Source: Camelus dromedarius
Taxonomy: Eukaryota
Reading direction: 5' to 3'
Assembly (NCBI RefSeq): GCF_036321535.1
Contig: NC_087437.1
Coordinates: 117,244,001-117,308,000, forward strand
DNA: 64,000 nucleotides
In this document: piece by piece, positions 38,031 to 49,948 of the stretch
Layout: each line of letters starts with the position of its first letter
Position numbering within the stretch: the stretch's first letter is position 1
Notes under the pieces: model-generated
Databases searched by the model: none
The model's input: only the letters and a program-made list of their open reading frames with translations
Told to the model about the DNA's origin: nothing
Program-made: the position numbers and the translations under genes

Positions 38031-41000
38031 CTCCATCGGGCAAGATGGCGGAGTAGAAGGATGCTTGCAGCTCACCCTCTCCCAGAAATACACCCAAACG
38101 CACAATTACAGACCTACTTAGCCAACCAGAGCACCTGCTGAATTCCGACAGAACATTGCCGTCTTCGACAAAGATGCCAAAAATCTGGTAGGAGAAAAGG
38201 AAAAAAGAAAGAAGAAAAAGCAAAACAGTGCGGGACCAATCCTGCGGGGAGGGAGCGGGAAAGGAGGACTGGCGCTCGCTCGCTGGGTCTCCCCTCTCCA
38301 ACGGAGAGGCCAGCGGGATGGAGGGGGAGCTTCTGAGGCTCAAATCTGCCCTGAGCACCCCTTGACCAACAGAACTGAATTAAACAGGCACAAAGGGTCC
38401 CCGTGACACCCAGCCCGAGACGCGAGCCAGCGGCTGGGGCCAGGACAGGCCACCTGAGCTGGGAGGAGGTTGGGGCGGCTGCACTGAGACAGCCCCGGGG
38501 ACTGCAGGGGGCTGCGTGCTGTTACTGGGAGGGGATACAGAGCAGAACAACCTCGGTCCCCCATAAACTGCGAAAAAAGTAAAGCAACCCGGCTGGTGTG
38601 CCCTGGAGGGAGGTGCGCTGTAGCCTGTGTCTCTTCAGACCGGCGCTGCCATTACTGGCACTTCTTGCTAGAAGAGAGGCGGGGCGCAGACACAGCTGCC
38701 ACCTCCTCCTGTGTGCAGCGCCCCGGCGGGGGCGGGGCCGAGCCCTGAATCCGCACCCGGGGGCTCTGCAACCTCCTAGGCAGGACTGAGGCTTGTCTAC
38801 AGCCCATGGCAGATAGGATCTTTCTGCCCTGGCACCTCAGAGTAGTTGCGCCACCAAGACAAACAAGGAGCTGAGATTTGGCACTGAGCAGGGGTGGGGC
38901 ATTCCACAGTCTTCCCCAAGCCTGCCTACTGAGCACTGACCTGAGGCCGAGTGGGCAGCTGCACAGAGCAGCAGAGTGACTAGCACCGGAAGAGGGTGTG
39001 CGGCCACCCCAGTTCCTGGCAGGAACGCAGCACCTGACCACGGTGCTGGGAGGGGGCGTGATCCACGCACCTGCCTCACCTGAGCGCAGCATCTGACTGC
39101 GGCATCGGGAGGGGCAGTGACCCGCCTGCCCACCGGGTAAGAGCTCAGCTCCTGACCCAGTGTTGGGAGGGGGCGCGATCTGCTAGCCGTCTGCCACTGG
39201 GAGCAGCAGAGATGAGGGCACCAACAAAGGGCCTCTGGAAACAGCAAGCTGAATTTGCGAAACAGGGTGAAGACACAAAGACCTCTTGATAAAATCATTA
39301 ACAGCACACCGTCTCCAGGAGAACTAGATAACTGATACTCCTTAAGCCACAGTGCCAGAGAGATATGAGCAATATGAAGAAGCAGAGGAACCACTCCCAA
39401 CTAAAAGAGCAAGAGAAATCCCCTGAAAGCACAATCAATGAAATAGACACTGATGGCCTACTAGATCAAGATTTCAAAAAAGGACTGATCAAAGTACTGA
39501 AGGAACTAAAAGAAATAGTGTTTGGAGATATAAAATATGTCAAAAATGAAATAGAAGCTATAAAGAAGAGCCAAGTAGAATTAGTAAATGCATTTGCTGA
39601 GATGAGAGCTGACCCAAAGGCTGTGGAAAGCAGGCTGGATAATGCAGAGGAACGAATAAGTGACCTAGAAGACGGGACAACAGAAAGCACCCAATCAGAA
39701 CAGCTGCGAGAAAAACAAAAAACAATGAAAACAATATAAGGGACCAATGGGATAATATAGAGCATACCAATCTATGCATAGTAGGGGTTCCAGAAGGGGA
39801 AGAAAGAACAAAAGTGATTGAAAAGGTATTTGAAGAAATCATGACTGAAAACTTCCCAAACCTAAAGAAGGAATCAGATATCCAAGTACAGGAGGCTCAG
39901 AGGGTCCCAGATAGAAAGAACCCAAACAGACCCACACCAAGACATATCACAATCAAGATGGCCAGAGTCAAGGATAAAGAAATGATCCTAAAGGCAGCAA
40001 GAGAAAAACAAAGAGTGAGTTACAGGGGAACCCCCATAAGGCTCTCAGTGGATTTCTTTACACAAACACTACAGGCCAGAAGGGAGTGGCAAGATACATT
40101 CAAAGTCCTGAATGAAAGAAAGATGCAGCCTAGGATACTCTATCCAGCAAGGCTATCCTTTAAAATAGGAGAGATAACTTCACAGACAAGCAAACACTAG
40201 AAGAGTTTAGCAACACTAAACCCATGCTAAAAGAAATATGGACAGGTCTACTCTAAATAGAAAAGAAGCAGGATGCTACAAAAATGAGAAACTCATAACT
40301 GGAACGGAGATAACTGCCATGAATTACAAAAAGAATAAACACAAAATTGTAAAAGAAGACATCTAAATCATGAAGAGTGGGAGAGGGAAGCAAGGAAAGC
40401 CACTGTGGAAAAGAGTATGGATATTCCTCAATAGACTAGGAATAGACTTACCCTAGGACCCAGTCATCCTGCTTCTGAGCATATATCCAGAAGGAACCCT
40501 ACTTCAAAATGATACCTGCACCCCAATGTTCACAGCAGCACTATTTACAATAGCCAAGACATGGAAGCAGCCTAAATTTCCATCAACAGATGACTGGATA
40601 AAGAAGAGGTGCTATATTTATACGATGGAATACCATTCAGCCACAAAAACTAACAGCATAACGCCGTTTGCAGCAACATGGATGTTCCTGGAGAATGTTA
40701 TTCAAAGTGAAGTAAGCCAGAAAGAGAAAGAAAAATACCATATGAGATTGCTTATATGAGGAATCTTAAAAAAAAAAAAAAACCCAAGAAAAAACCGCAA
40801 AACATGAATACAAAACAGAAACAGACTCCTAGACATAAAATACAAACTTGTGGTTGCCAAGGGGGAGGGGAGTGGGAAGGGACAGACGTATCTTAAAATG
40901 CAGAATAGATAAACAAGATTATACTGTATAGCACTGGGAAAAATATACAAGATCTTGTGGTAGCTCATAGCGAAAAAAAAGTGACAATGAATATATACAT

Positions 41001-41081
41001 GTTCATGTATGACTAAAAAATTGTGCTGTACAGTAGAATTTGACACATTGTAAAATAACTACTACTGAATAAAAAAAGTAA
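38031..41081 (+). mobile_element. Young camelid L1 with full 5'UTR, frameshifted ORF1, almost all of ORF2 deleted and an intact 3'UTR
   Basis: 19-bp TSD aaaaatgaaatgac(a/g)tgga (38012-38030 and 41082-41100); caagatggcggagtag start; ORF1 pieces 39365-39739 and 39814-40200 (ENFPNL, QARREW, RILYPARLSF); jump to the ORF2 C-terminus at ~40399. Confidence 0.95.
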
Positions 41082-42654
41082 AAAAATGAAATGACGTGGA
41101 TTTTTAAAAATAATAAAAAATATTTTAAAAGAAAAAATTTAAAAGGGATTAAAACTGGAAGCATATATGTTTAAAAAGTAAAAATTAAAAAGGTAATAGA
41201 AAATAGAACAGGTAAGAACAGATTAAAATAAACGGGGGTGTGTTCTCCTGGAGACTGTGTGGTTTTAATGTGAAGTCTTTCTGTCTTCGTCCTGTTTTGG
41301 AAGCTCAGCTTGCTGTTTCCAGAGGCCCTCCGTTGGCGCCCTCGTCAGGGCTGCTTCCAGTGCCGGTCGGCACGCAGATCGCGCCCCCTCCCAGCACTGG
41401 GTCAGGTGCAGCTCTCCTTCGCTGTGGACGGGCGGGCCACCGCCCCTCGCGATGCCGCAGTCAGACGCAGCAGACTGGCTCAGCAGGCAGGCTCATCGCG
41501 CCCTCCCAGCGCGAGGTCAGATGCTGCCTTCCTGCCCGCAAGGCGGGGGCCGCCCGCCCTCTCCCGGCGCCGGTCGCTCGGCTGCTCTGTGCCGCTGCGC
41601 GCTCCGTCCCGGGTCGGCGCTCCGCAGGCGGGCTAGGGGACGACCGAGGAACAGCCCCGCCCTGCTCCGGGCCAAATCTCAGCTTGTTTGTCTTGGTGAC
41701 TCGAATTCTCTGAAGTACCAGGGCAGAAGGATCCTGTTTGCCTCGGGCTGTAGACGAGTCTCCGTCTGGCCCTTGAGGCTGCGGAGCCCTTAGGTGCGGA
41801 TGCAGGTTTCGCCCCCGCCCTCGCCTGGGTGCTCAGCGCAGGAGGACGCGGCGGCTGTGCCTGAGTCCCGCCTCTCTTTGCCCGAAAACCTTCCGGGAGT
41901 TTTCAAAGATGGGGGTATGCACCCTTCCCCCCAGGGCACATCAGCCGTGCTGTTTCACGGAGGGCCCAGGTTGTTCTGCCCTGTGCACCCTCTCATCCAC
42001 GGCTCACAGCGCCCTGCAGTCCCCAGGGCTGCCTCAGCGCAGCCGCCCCCGTCCTCCGCCCGGCTGGGGCGGCCTGTCCCGGCCCCCAGCTGCCGGCTTG
42101 CATCTCAGGCTGGGTGTCGCAGGGACCCTATGTGCCCATTTAACTTAGTTCTGTCAGTCAAGGGGTGCTCCGTACAGATCTGAGCCTCGGAGGCTCCCCC
42201 TCTGTCCCGCTGGCCTCTCCGTTGGAGAGGGGAGACCCAGAGAACAAGCGCCAGTCCTCCTTTGCTGCTCCCTCCCCGCAGGACCTGTCCTGCACTGTTT
42301 TGCCTTTTCTTCTTTCCTTTTTCCTTTTCTCCTACCCGATTTTTGGCGTCTTTGTCTTTTGAAGAGGGCGATGTTCTGTCGGAGCACTGCAGATGCTCCG
42401 GTTGGCTGACGGTCCGTGGATGTGAGTCTTGGTGTATCGGTGGGAGAGGGTGAGCTATGAGCATCCTTCTACTCCACCATCTTGGCCTCTCCCTGTACAC
42501 AAGTGATTTTATTTCTCTTGAGTAAATACCAAGTAGGGAGATTTGATTGTAGGTGTTAGGGACAGAATGTACTTGTCATTCATTCACCTCTGTAACCAGA
42601 GCACTGTGCCTTAAGCCCAAGCATGAAGTGAATTTCTTGGTCAGAAAAGGGAAC

Positions 42655-42880
42655 TCATATTTATTGAATGTTTGCTACATACCAGATACTCTTTAATGGA
42701 CTTTTCATTTATTGTCTTATTTAATCCTTCCAATGACTGTAAGACCTAAGTGTTATTTTTATAGAAGTTTATTTCCAGTTGGGGAAATAGAGGCTCCAAA
42801 AACTTAAGCATCCTGCTTAGAACACACACTAGGAAGTTGTAGACCTCGGATTCAAACCTCTGTTTGACTCTAAAGGGCAG
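42655..42880 (-). mobile_element. MIR SINE
   Basis: tatttattgaatgtttgctac...cttatttaatcct...gaaatagaggctc...ggattcaaacc. Confidence 0.7.
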
Positions 42881-43944
42881 TTTTCTTTGTTCCTACTATT
42901 TTTGGTCCCTTCCCACACAGTAAACGTGATCTAATCTGTGGGAGAATCCTTAAATTCTCCAGAGAGCCTCTTTGGGATCAGCAGAGACCTTCAGGTTAGG
43001 TCCTGCTGCAGTGATGTCTAAGAGTTAGCCCATAACCCTGGGACACTGATTGTTTTTGGCATCATTTACTGTTAAAAATAAGGCCATCATGAGCTGGGTT
43101 TAAATTTTCACCTGGGTTGCCTGTGTTAACGTTTTGCTATTAAACTCATTCTCCCTGCCACCTTGCGGAAGTTTAGACCAGTCACCTGGCACTTCATGTG
43201 TTCATTGACAAGAATGAACTCTTCCACCGTGTTCATTGGCTAGTCTGTATTCTGGAGCTCTTCTCTTGAGTTGTGGGAATCTTCGGGGCAAAAAAGGGAG
43301 TTTTGTGGGATCCAGTGTTCAAGACTTTATGTCCATCTGTCTTCTTCAAGTGGGCGTAAGATATAGGAGACGGGTCTCTGCAGAGTTCAGTGTGGCACCC
43401 ACATCACAGTGAGGACAGAGTGGGCTGGAAGCAGGCTGCCCTTGCTGGAATGCCCTGGGTTGCTCATATTGATGAACAAAGTGTTGAAATACTTCTGCAG
43501 CAGTCGGTAAATAGTATCCTGCCCTGGCTCTCCTCCTGGGACGCCCTCCTCTCCACTGCCCCATGACCCAGCAACTAAAGGGTTAGCACCCAACTCTGCA
43601 GGGCCGCCCTCCCCCACCTGGTTCCAACGTCTTCGCCACCATCCACTCCCACTGATTGGCCACCATGACATGAAATTGCTAAGTCGTTTGAACATAACTC
43701 TTGAGTAAAAGTTATTTGCAAAACAGATTTATAGGCATTAGGTCACCTGTATTCTTACCTACTTTTCAGTATCAAAAAGCCGACAGCCCATTGTTTTATC
43801 CCTTTGTGTTACGTACATATAATTTAAGTATAAACAGTTGGTTAAAGCCGATTTTCAAGTTTCTCTGGTCGTGCCAAAGCATAAGCAGACATTACAATAT
43901 AACAGATATAAACATGAATTTTGGGGTCAGACAGCTTCACTTTT

Positions 43945-44210
43945 TAAAAATAATTTTTAAGTTTTTACAATTTTAAAGGTTACTTTCCACTTACAGTTAC
44001 TACAAAACATTGGCTCTATGCTCTGTTTTGCACAATACATCCTTGAGCCTGTCTTACACCCAATAGTTTATACCTCCCAGCCCCCACCCTTATACTTCTC
44101 CTCCCCGCACCTCCCACTGGGAACCACTGGTTTGTTCGCTATGTCTGTGAACCTGCCTCTTCCATGTTACAGTCACTAGTTTGCTGCATTCTTTAGACTC
44201 TACGTAGAAG
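43945..44210 (-). mobile_element. L1 3'UTR fragment inserted in a MIR (MIR continues 44215-44420, +)
   Basis: aaggttactttccacttacagttactacaaaacattggcta...ttagactc, flanked by the duplicated agacagcttcactttt (~43930 and ~44218). MIR core ctctgtgcctcagtttcctgatctgtaaaatgg at ~44300. Confidence 0.8.
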
Positions 44211-44817
44211 CACTGGGAGACAGCTTCACTTTTGATTTTTGGTTCCACTGCTACCTAACATGTGTGATCTCTGGTGAGTTATGGAGAGTCACACAACTTC
44301 TCTGTGCCTCAGTTTCCTGATCTGTAAAATGGATACAGTAATATCGACTTCACAGTTGTTAGGGAGAAGTGAGTTAATGGGTGCAAAGGCCTCACACCAA
44401 GTGCTCCCAACACGTTGGCTGCTGTATCTTGGTTGAATTCTTGTGGCTCCCTCTGATGAGTGCTATTTTAAGACATTTGTGGCTCTAGCTGTTAATTCCA
44501 AAAGAGCTTCTTCTGTTGCTTCAGACTGACTTTGTCGAAGTTGATTTCAACTTCATGCTTTTCTGTCTTTATTTTTTGGTCAGAGATTCTTTCCCTAAGG
44601 ATTAATTCATTTAAAATAGTAGAAAGTAAAGAGAAAACAGGCTTTACAAATGAAAAGCAAGCTTAATGCTTGAGTTTTGGTCCTTTTTTTTTTTGCCTAT
44701 TGAATTGGAGGGGAGGAGGCCATCACTGTGAGCCTTGCCTCTAAAGTCAACTGAGTACAAAGAAGTGTGGCTTTTCTGGGCAGAAACCCTGTAAACTCCT
44801 TAGGGTTTGAATCTTTG

Positions 44818-44820
44818 ATT

Positions 44821-44879
<59 letters not shown>

Positions 44880-44880
44880 T
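44818..44880. repeat. (TTTA)n microsatellite
   Basis: Direct reading of the sequence. Confidence 0.95.
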
Positions 44881-45052
44881 CTTTGATTTTAAATCATTAA
44901 TGATAAATATGGCGATTTCTATTCTGACCAGCCATTCTTTTCCTTGTATTTTTGAACTGAAGTAACAAAGCTTAAGGGCAAAAGCTATAGCAGCCTTCAT
45001 TCTAAAAATGTCAGGGAGTTCCACTCTAAAAATGGAAAGACAGGCTTTGTTT

Positions 45053-45086
45053 TGTGTGTGTGTGTGCGCATGCGTGCGCACGTGCA

Positions 45087-45140
<54 letters not shown>
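45053..45140. repeat. (TG)n/(CG,CA) alternating purine-pyrimidine tract
   Basis: 88 bp of uninterrupted YR alternation. Confidence 0.95.
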
Positions 45141-45142
<2 letters not shown>

Positions 45143-46541
45143 GACGATAATAAGACCAATGAGATGGAGACACTGAGCAGGAAGTGGAGAGCAGGGAGCT
45201 TCCAGATCGAATGCACAGTCCTCACGATGGCCGTGCACTCAGACACTCGTCTTCCTTCTTCCACGCACAGACCCACGGAGAAATGGTTATGGACGGTCGA
45301 GAAAGTTTTTCTAAAAGATAACGATCATTTCCTATAAGAGTACTTCCTTTGTGAACACCTATTCTTGGTTCAAAGTTCATTTGATGTATCTTGGGGATGA
45401 CAGGAAGAAACTAGAATTAGATCTAAGAAATGGAAAGTTTTTCTTTTTTGGTGAAGGTGGTGGGAGATTCTTTCAAAAGATGCAATTGCAGGTAAGGTTT
45501 TATTTTTTTTTATGAAAAATAATAATACAGTAGCGGCCCCAGACTCCTCTTTCCATCTACCAGTATAATCTTGATGGCAGCTAAGGCTAGCTGTCCTTTC
45601 AGGTCTATTTAAATTTGGCTCAAACTCCTGTTTTGTTCATAGTAGAAAACCTGTCCTGCACTGGGAACTTTTCAAAGGAAAAGAATGTCTTGATGAGATG
45701 TTAGTGTACTGGAGAGAAGAGCTGCCATGACGATACGTTTATGTGTACGTCGAACACGTGCGTGTACGTGTATCTGTTATAGCTGCTTTGCCTTATAAGA
45801 CAAGTGGCATAATTTTGTTTGACTGAAATAATTTTTAAGTTAAAAGAATGGGAAGGCAAACCCCATGAAGATGGATTCTTTCCAAATAATTACAGCATCC
45901 ATGTGGCTGAATTGGGACTGGTCGGATCTTGCCGTGTTTGGCTCACTGGGGTGTATTTGTGGGTATATTGGTGGCAGAGGCGGGACTCGAATATGGATAT
46001 TATGACGTTGCACACTTCTCCCGGATGTGCCCTCTGAAATCATGGGGAGAACTGTGAATTTTATCTGAGTGCCTTTCTTCTGGTCTTGCCCATGTTCAAT
46101 CTACTACCATCAGTGACATCAAACTTTATCACTTCCCTGCTTGAAATCCTTCCTTTCCTGCCTCCTGCTTTTAGCATGAAGTCTGGACTCTGTGTGTCCA
46201 ACGAGGCTGTGCTGTCCGGAACTGCTCTCTCGCTACACTTCCCGTCACACTTGAACGATAGTGAATTGATTTTTTAAAAGTGTCTTATGTTCTCTTTTGC
46301 TTCTGAGCCACTGTCCCAGCTACTTTCTCCCCTAGGGTGCTTTTGCACATTTCATACCTAGAAAATCCTCATCATTCAAATTTTAGCCAAGACATCATTT
46401 CCTCCGTGCAGCCTCTCCTGATGACAACCCCCCTACCCCAATCTTTTCTGTGTCCAGCGAGCCTCTCTTAGCAGTTCACCCAGTCTGTTTGTTTAGAACT
46501 CTTATCACCTTGTTAAATGATAAACCCGAGGCCAGCCTGGG

Positions 46542-46554
46542 GTAACTGGGCAAC
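46542..46554. promoter_or_regulatory. RFX X-box-like motif GTAACT-G-GGCAAC
   Basis: Motif match only. Confidence 0.3.
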
Positions 46555-47305
46555 GGCCACTGCGACCAAGGCTTCTAGGAGGGGCCCATCAGCTCACTCT
46601 TTAGTCTTCCTGGTTCACCAGCACAGAAGAAGAGGTGATCCAGAAATGTCGTGCCCACGCCTCAGCCTGCTGGGGTCGGTGATCACACAGCCATCCCTGA
46701 ACTGCTACTCAGTTGGCTTGGCCAGGGCTGGGGGACGGTGGGCACTGACAGTGCGTGGTGATGGGGTTTCTCGTACACCTCCCTTCCTTGGCTGGGGCAG
46801 CGGTGTGCCTGTACGTGCCACCCTCAACTCAGGGACAACTCTGTCATCGAGTCTTTGTCACAGAACCATCATGCACTTAACGTTGTGCATATTTCTTTAT
46901 GAACCACGTCAGAAGAAGAAGGAATCATGGATGAAACTGGATGAAATCAGAATCAACCAGTGAAGGAAACTGTTATAAATAAATTGAGTTGAGAAGTTCA
47001 GTTCAGGAGGCTGGAACATGTAGTGCCATTTGCTCAAAAGCATGTTAATGGCTTGTGCTTGAATGTGAGATCTCTAAGTCAGTGGTTGGCTCTGCAGGGC
47101 AGCGTGTAGTCAGTCTCTCCCTTTGCTCTATTTCAGCCGCACAGGTGCACTTGGCTGTTCCTCAGACACCACACGTATGGCCTTGGTCTTGCCTCTGATC
47201 TTGCTGTTGTCTGCCTGGCCCTCCCCATCTCCATGGCTCATTTAGGTCATGAGTTTCAGACATCTGCTCAGTGTCATCTTATCAAGTCCTCCCCTGACCA
47301 CTCAA

Positions 47306-47452
47306 TTTTATTTGTTTGTTTGTTTATTTACTTATTTAGGTTGGGGAGGTAATTAGGTTTCTTTCTTTTATTTTTTTAAATGGAGGTACTGGGGACTGAA
47401 CCCAGGACCTGCATGCTAAGTACGCACTCTACCACAGACTCTACCTTTCTCC
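47306..47452 (-). mobile_element. Camelid tRNA-derived SINE (Vic-1 type)
   Basis: ggggaggtaattagg...atggaggtactggggactgaacccaggacc; flanked by ctgaccactca/ctgaccattcg (probable TSD). Confidence 0.9.
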
Positions 47453-47484
47453 GCTGACCATTCGGTTTAAAATGGAACTCTCTC

Positions 47485-48050
47485 CCCCCAAATTAAACAT
47501 AGAGTTACCATGTGACCCAGAAATTCCACGCACAGGTCTATCTCCAAGCAACATGAAAACATATGTCCACACAAGAACTTGTTCACCAATGTTCACAGCA
47601 GCATTACAAAGCAGAAACAGCCAGGTGTTCAGTCCACTGATGAACAGATTGTGGTCTCTGGGGAGCGTGGAGGGTTTTCAGCCACAACCTGGAACAGCCT
47701 GGAATGGAGTCCCGCACAGCCTGCAACGTGGGTGAACCTTAGAGATGTTGGGCTGATTGAAAGAAGCCAGACACCAAAGGCCACAAATGGTAAGATGCTA
47801 TTTATATGAAATGTCCCAAATAGGCAAATCCAGAGACGGGTAGATCTGTGACTGCCAGGGACTGGGAAGAGGGGGCAGAGGGAAGTGGCTGCTAAGGGGT
47901 ATTTTTTTTGTAGAGGGGCAATGGATAATGAAAATGTCCTGAAACTAAATTAGAGGGGATGGTTGCACAAGTCTAGTGAATACACTAGAAACCACAGAAT
48001 TGGGCAATTTAAAAGGGTGAACTATATCCCAACAAAGCTGTTATTAAAAG
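47485..48050 (+). mobile_element. L1MB-like 3' fragment
   Basis: aaattaaacatagagttaccatgtgacccag...gaaagaagccagacaccaaaggccaca...aaatgtcccaaataggcaaatcc. Confidence 0.85.
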
Positions 48051-48297
48051 ACGTGAACTCTCGGAACTCCCTCCTGGTACTCATTATCTCCCTTTGCTGC
48101 TTCATTTTCCTGCTAATCCCCACTTACTGTACCATTTATTCTGTTTACTGCCTGTCTTACCCACCCTGGATTATTAACTCCATGCAATTGGAGAATTTTA
48201 TCTGTGCTGTTCACGATTATATCCCTTGGGCCTAGATTAGTGTATACAGTAGGTGCTCAATAAATCTGGGTTGACTGATTGAATACATGTGACTATA

Positions 48298-48516
48298 CAG
48301 CTGACCTTTGAACAATGTGGAGGTTAGGGGCAATGGCCTTCCACACAGTTGAGAATCTGACCTTAACTTATAGTTACTCTCAGTATCTGGGGCTCCAAAT
48401 CTGCAGATTCAACCACTGTGGATGGTGCAGTACAGTGGTATTTACTACTGAAAAAAAAAAACCCATGTATAAGAGGAGCTGTGCGGTTCCAACCTGTGTT
48501 ATTAAAGGGTCAACTG
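48298..48516. mobile_element. Tigger2/MER8-like non-autonomous DNA transposon
   Basis: Terminal inverted repeats cagctgacctttgaacaa and ttattaaagggtcaactg, with a TA duplication on both sides. Confidence 0.85.
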
Positions 48517-48854
48517 TATAAATTGAAGCTGGCACAAGGATGTCCTTTTGAAAAGATGATAAAAAGATGGTTGCTCAGATAATGAAAAGAGAATAAAAAT
48601 GGAGACACTTCCGTGTTAGATGAGCATAAAAAAATGACTTAATGAAACTGAGTTTGAGTTGAAAACCTCAATACAGAATTATGACCTAGTGTCAGACTCC
48701 ATGCTCTGTGAATAACTGAACGTTCCTTTCTGGGGTCACTTTGCCTACAAATGTGTGGTCCAAGCAACTAATAATCAATCTTTCACTCTCTCTTCCTCCA
48801 GGAAAACTTTAGTTCCCTAATGTTTTAAAGTATAGTGTATTAAGAGAAAATTTA

Positions 48855-48926
48855 ACTATTTACAATAGCCAAGACATGAAAACAACCTAAATGTCCATCA
48901 ACAGATAAAGAAGATGTGATTTTTAT

Positions 48927-48957
<31 letters not shown>

Positions 48958-49438
48958 CACGCACACACGCACACACTGGAATATTACTCAGCCATAAAAA
49001 AGAATGAAATAATGCCGTTTGCAGCAACATGGAGGGACCTAGAGATGATCATATTAAGTGAAGTAAGTCAGACAGAGAAAGACAAATATCATATGCCATC
49101 ACTCATATATGGAATCTGAAAAAAATGGTACAAATTCTATTTACAAACCAAAAACAGACTCACAGACATAGAAAACAAACTATAGTTACCAAAATGGAAA
49201 GGATGGGGAGAGATAAATTAGGGGTTGGGGATTAACAGACACACTTTAGGATAGTATGAAATAGATAAACAACAAGGACTTACTATATAGCACAGGAAAC
49301 TACATTCAATATCTTATAATAACATGTAATGGAAAAGAATCTGAAAAGAAAAAAAATATGTATAACTGAATCACTTTGCTGTACATCTGAAACTAACATA
49401 GTAAATCAACTAAACTTCAACAAAAATTTTAAAAAAAA
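48855..49438 (+). mobile_element. L1 3' fragment (artiodactyl type) with internal (CA)n
   Basis: EYYSAIKKNEIMPFAATWRDLEMIILSEVSQTEKDKY ORF2 end plus 3'UTR and A tail; aagaga(a)aattt-like duplication at both flanks. Confidence 0.9.
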
Positions 49439-49439
49439 G

Positions 49440-49948
49440 AGAATTTGAGGTTCATTAAGACCAACCAATCAGCAGATGATTGCTACTGAAATGATAGTTT
49501 GTTACTCTCAGTTCCTGAAGGAGGGGCCACCCCGCGCCATGGGAGGGCTACACGGGAAAGCAGCCGAGTGGATCAGGAAGCAGAGGGACAGGGGGAAATG
49601 TGGGCAAGCGGCTTGATTGTGGTTCCTGTGGGAAGCAGCAGCCTAGGCAGGCAAGCTGGCTTAGGAAGGGTTAGTTTGAACAATTCCAGTGGACTCTGGG
49701 GCCTAGAGACGGCCTAATTGTCTGGTACCTGGACCTGGGGTGATTAGAGCAGGGGAATAGTGGTCCAGCATGTGAGAGGAAGTGGTCAGGGTGCGGGTTC
49801 CAGATCAGTTGGTTCTCATTTGGAAAGCATATAAGTTACTGGTTCTCTCTAGGAATTGGCTAGCCCTGGGAAGAGCAGTCTTTCCAGGGTCAGCAAGACC
49901 CCAGATGCCAAGGCATCAGAATACAGAAAATAAGTCATGGCTAATACA
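49440..49948 (-). mobile_element. ERVL-class LTR (MER74/MER54/LTR53-like); probably starts at ~48836 and is split by the L1
   Basis: cattaagaccaaccaatcagcagatgattgc...gatagtttgttactctcagttcc, ending ggctaataca. Confidence 0.65.

Larger units (their letters stand above)
33359..42494 (-). mobile_element. Young camelid L1 with both ends intact, ORF1 deleted and ORF2 disrupted; interrupted by a second L1 at 38031-41081
   Basis: Poly-T at 33359. ORF2 pieces include 33989-34759 and 35081-35782 ([21 protein letters not shown]) and 36366-36773. The 5' end gagaggccaagatggtggagtag lies at ~42490. Imperfect TSD gtacactagt/gtacacaagt. Confidence 0.95.
47120..48285 (+). mobile_element. L2 3' fragment interrupted by a SINE and an L1M
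   Basis: tttcagccgcacagg...ttggctgttcctcagacac...cccctgacca, ending gtaggtgctcaataaatctgggttgactgattgaat. Confidence 0.65.

Noticed and set aside
33894..40200. L1 ORF1/ORF2 as functional CDS
   Set aside because: Split by stops, frameshifts and large deletions, so annotated as mobile elements only.
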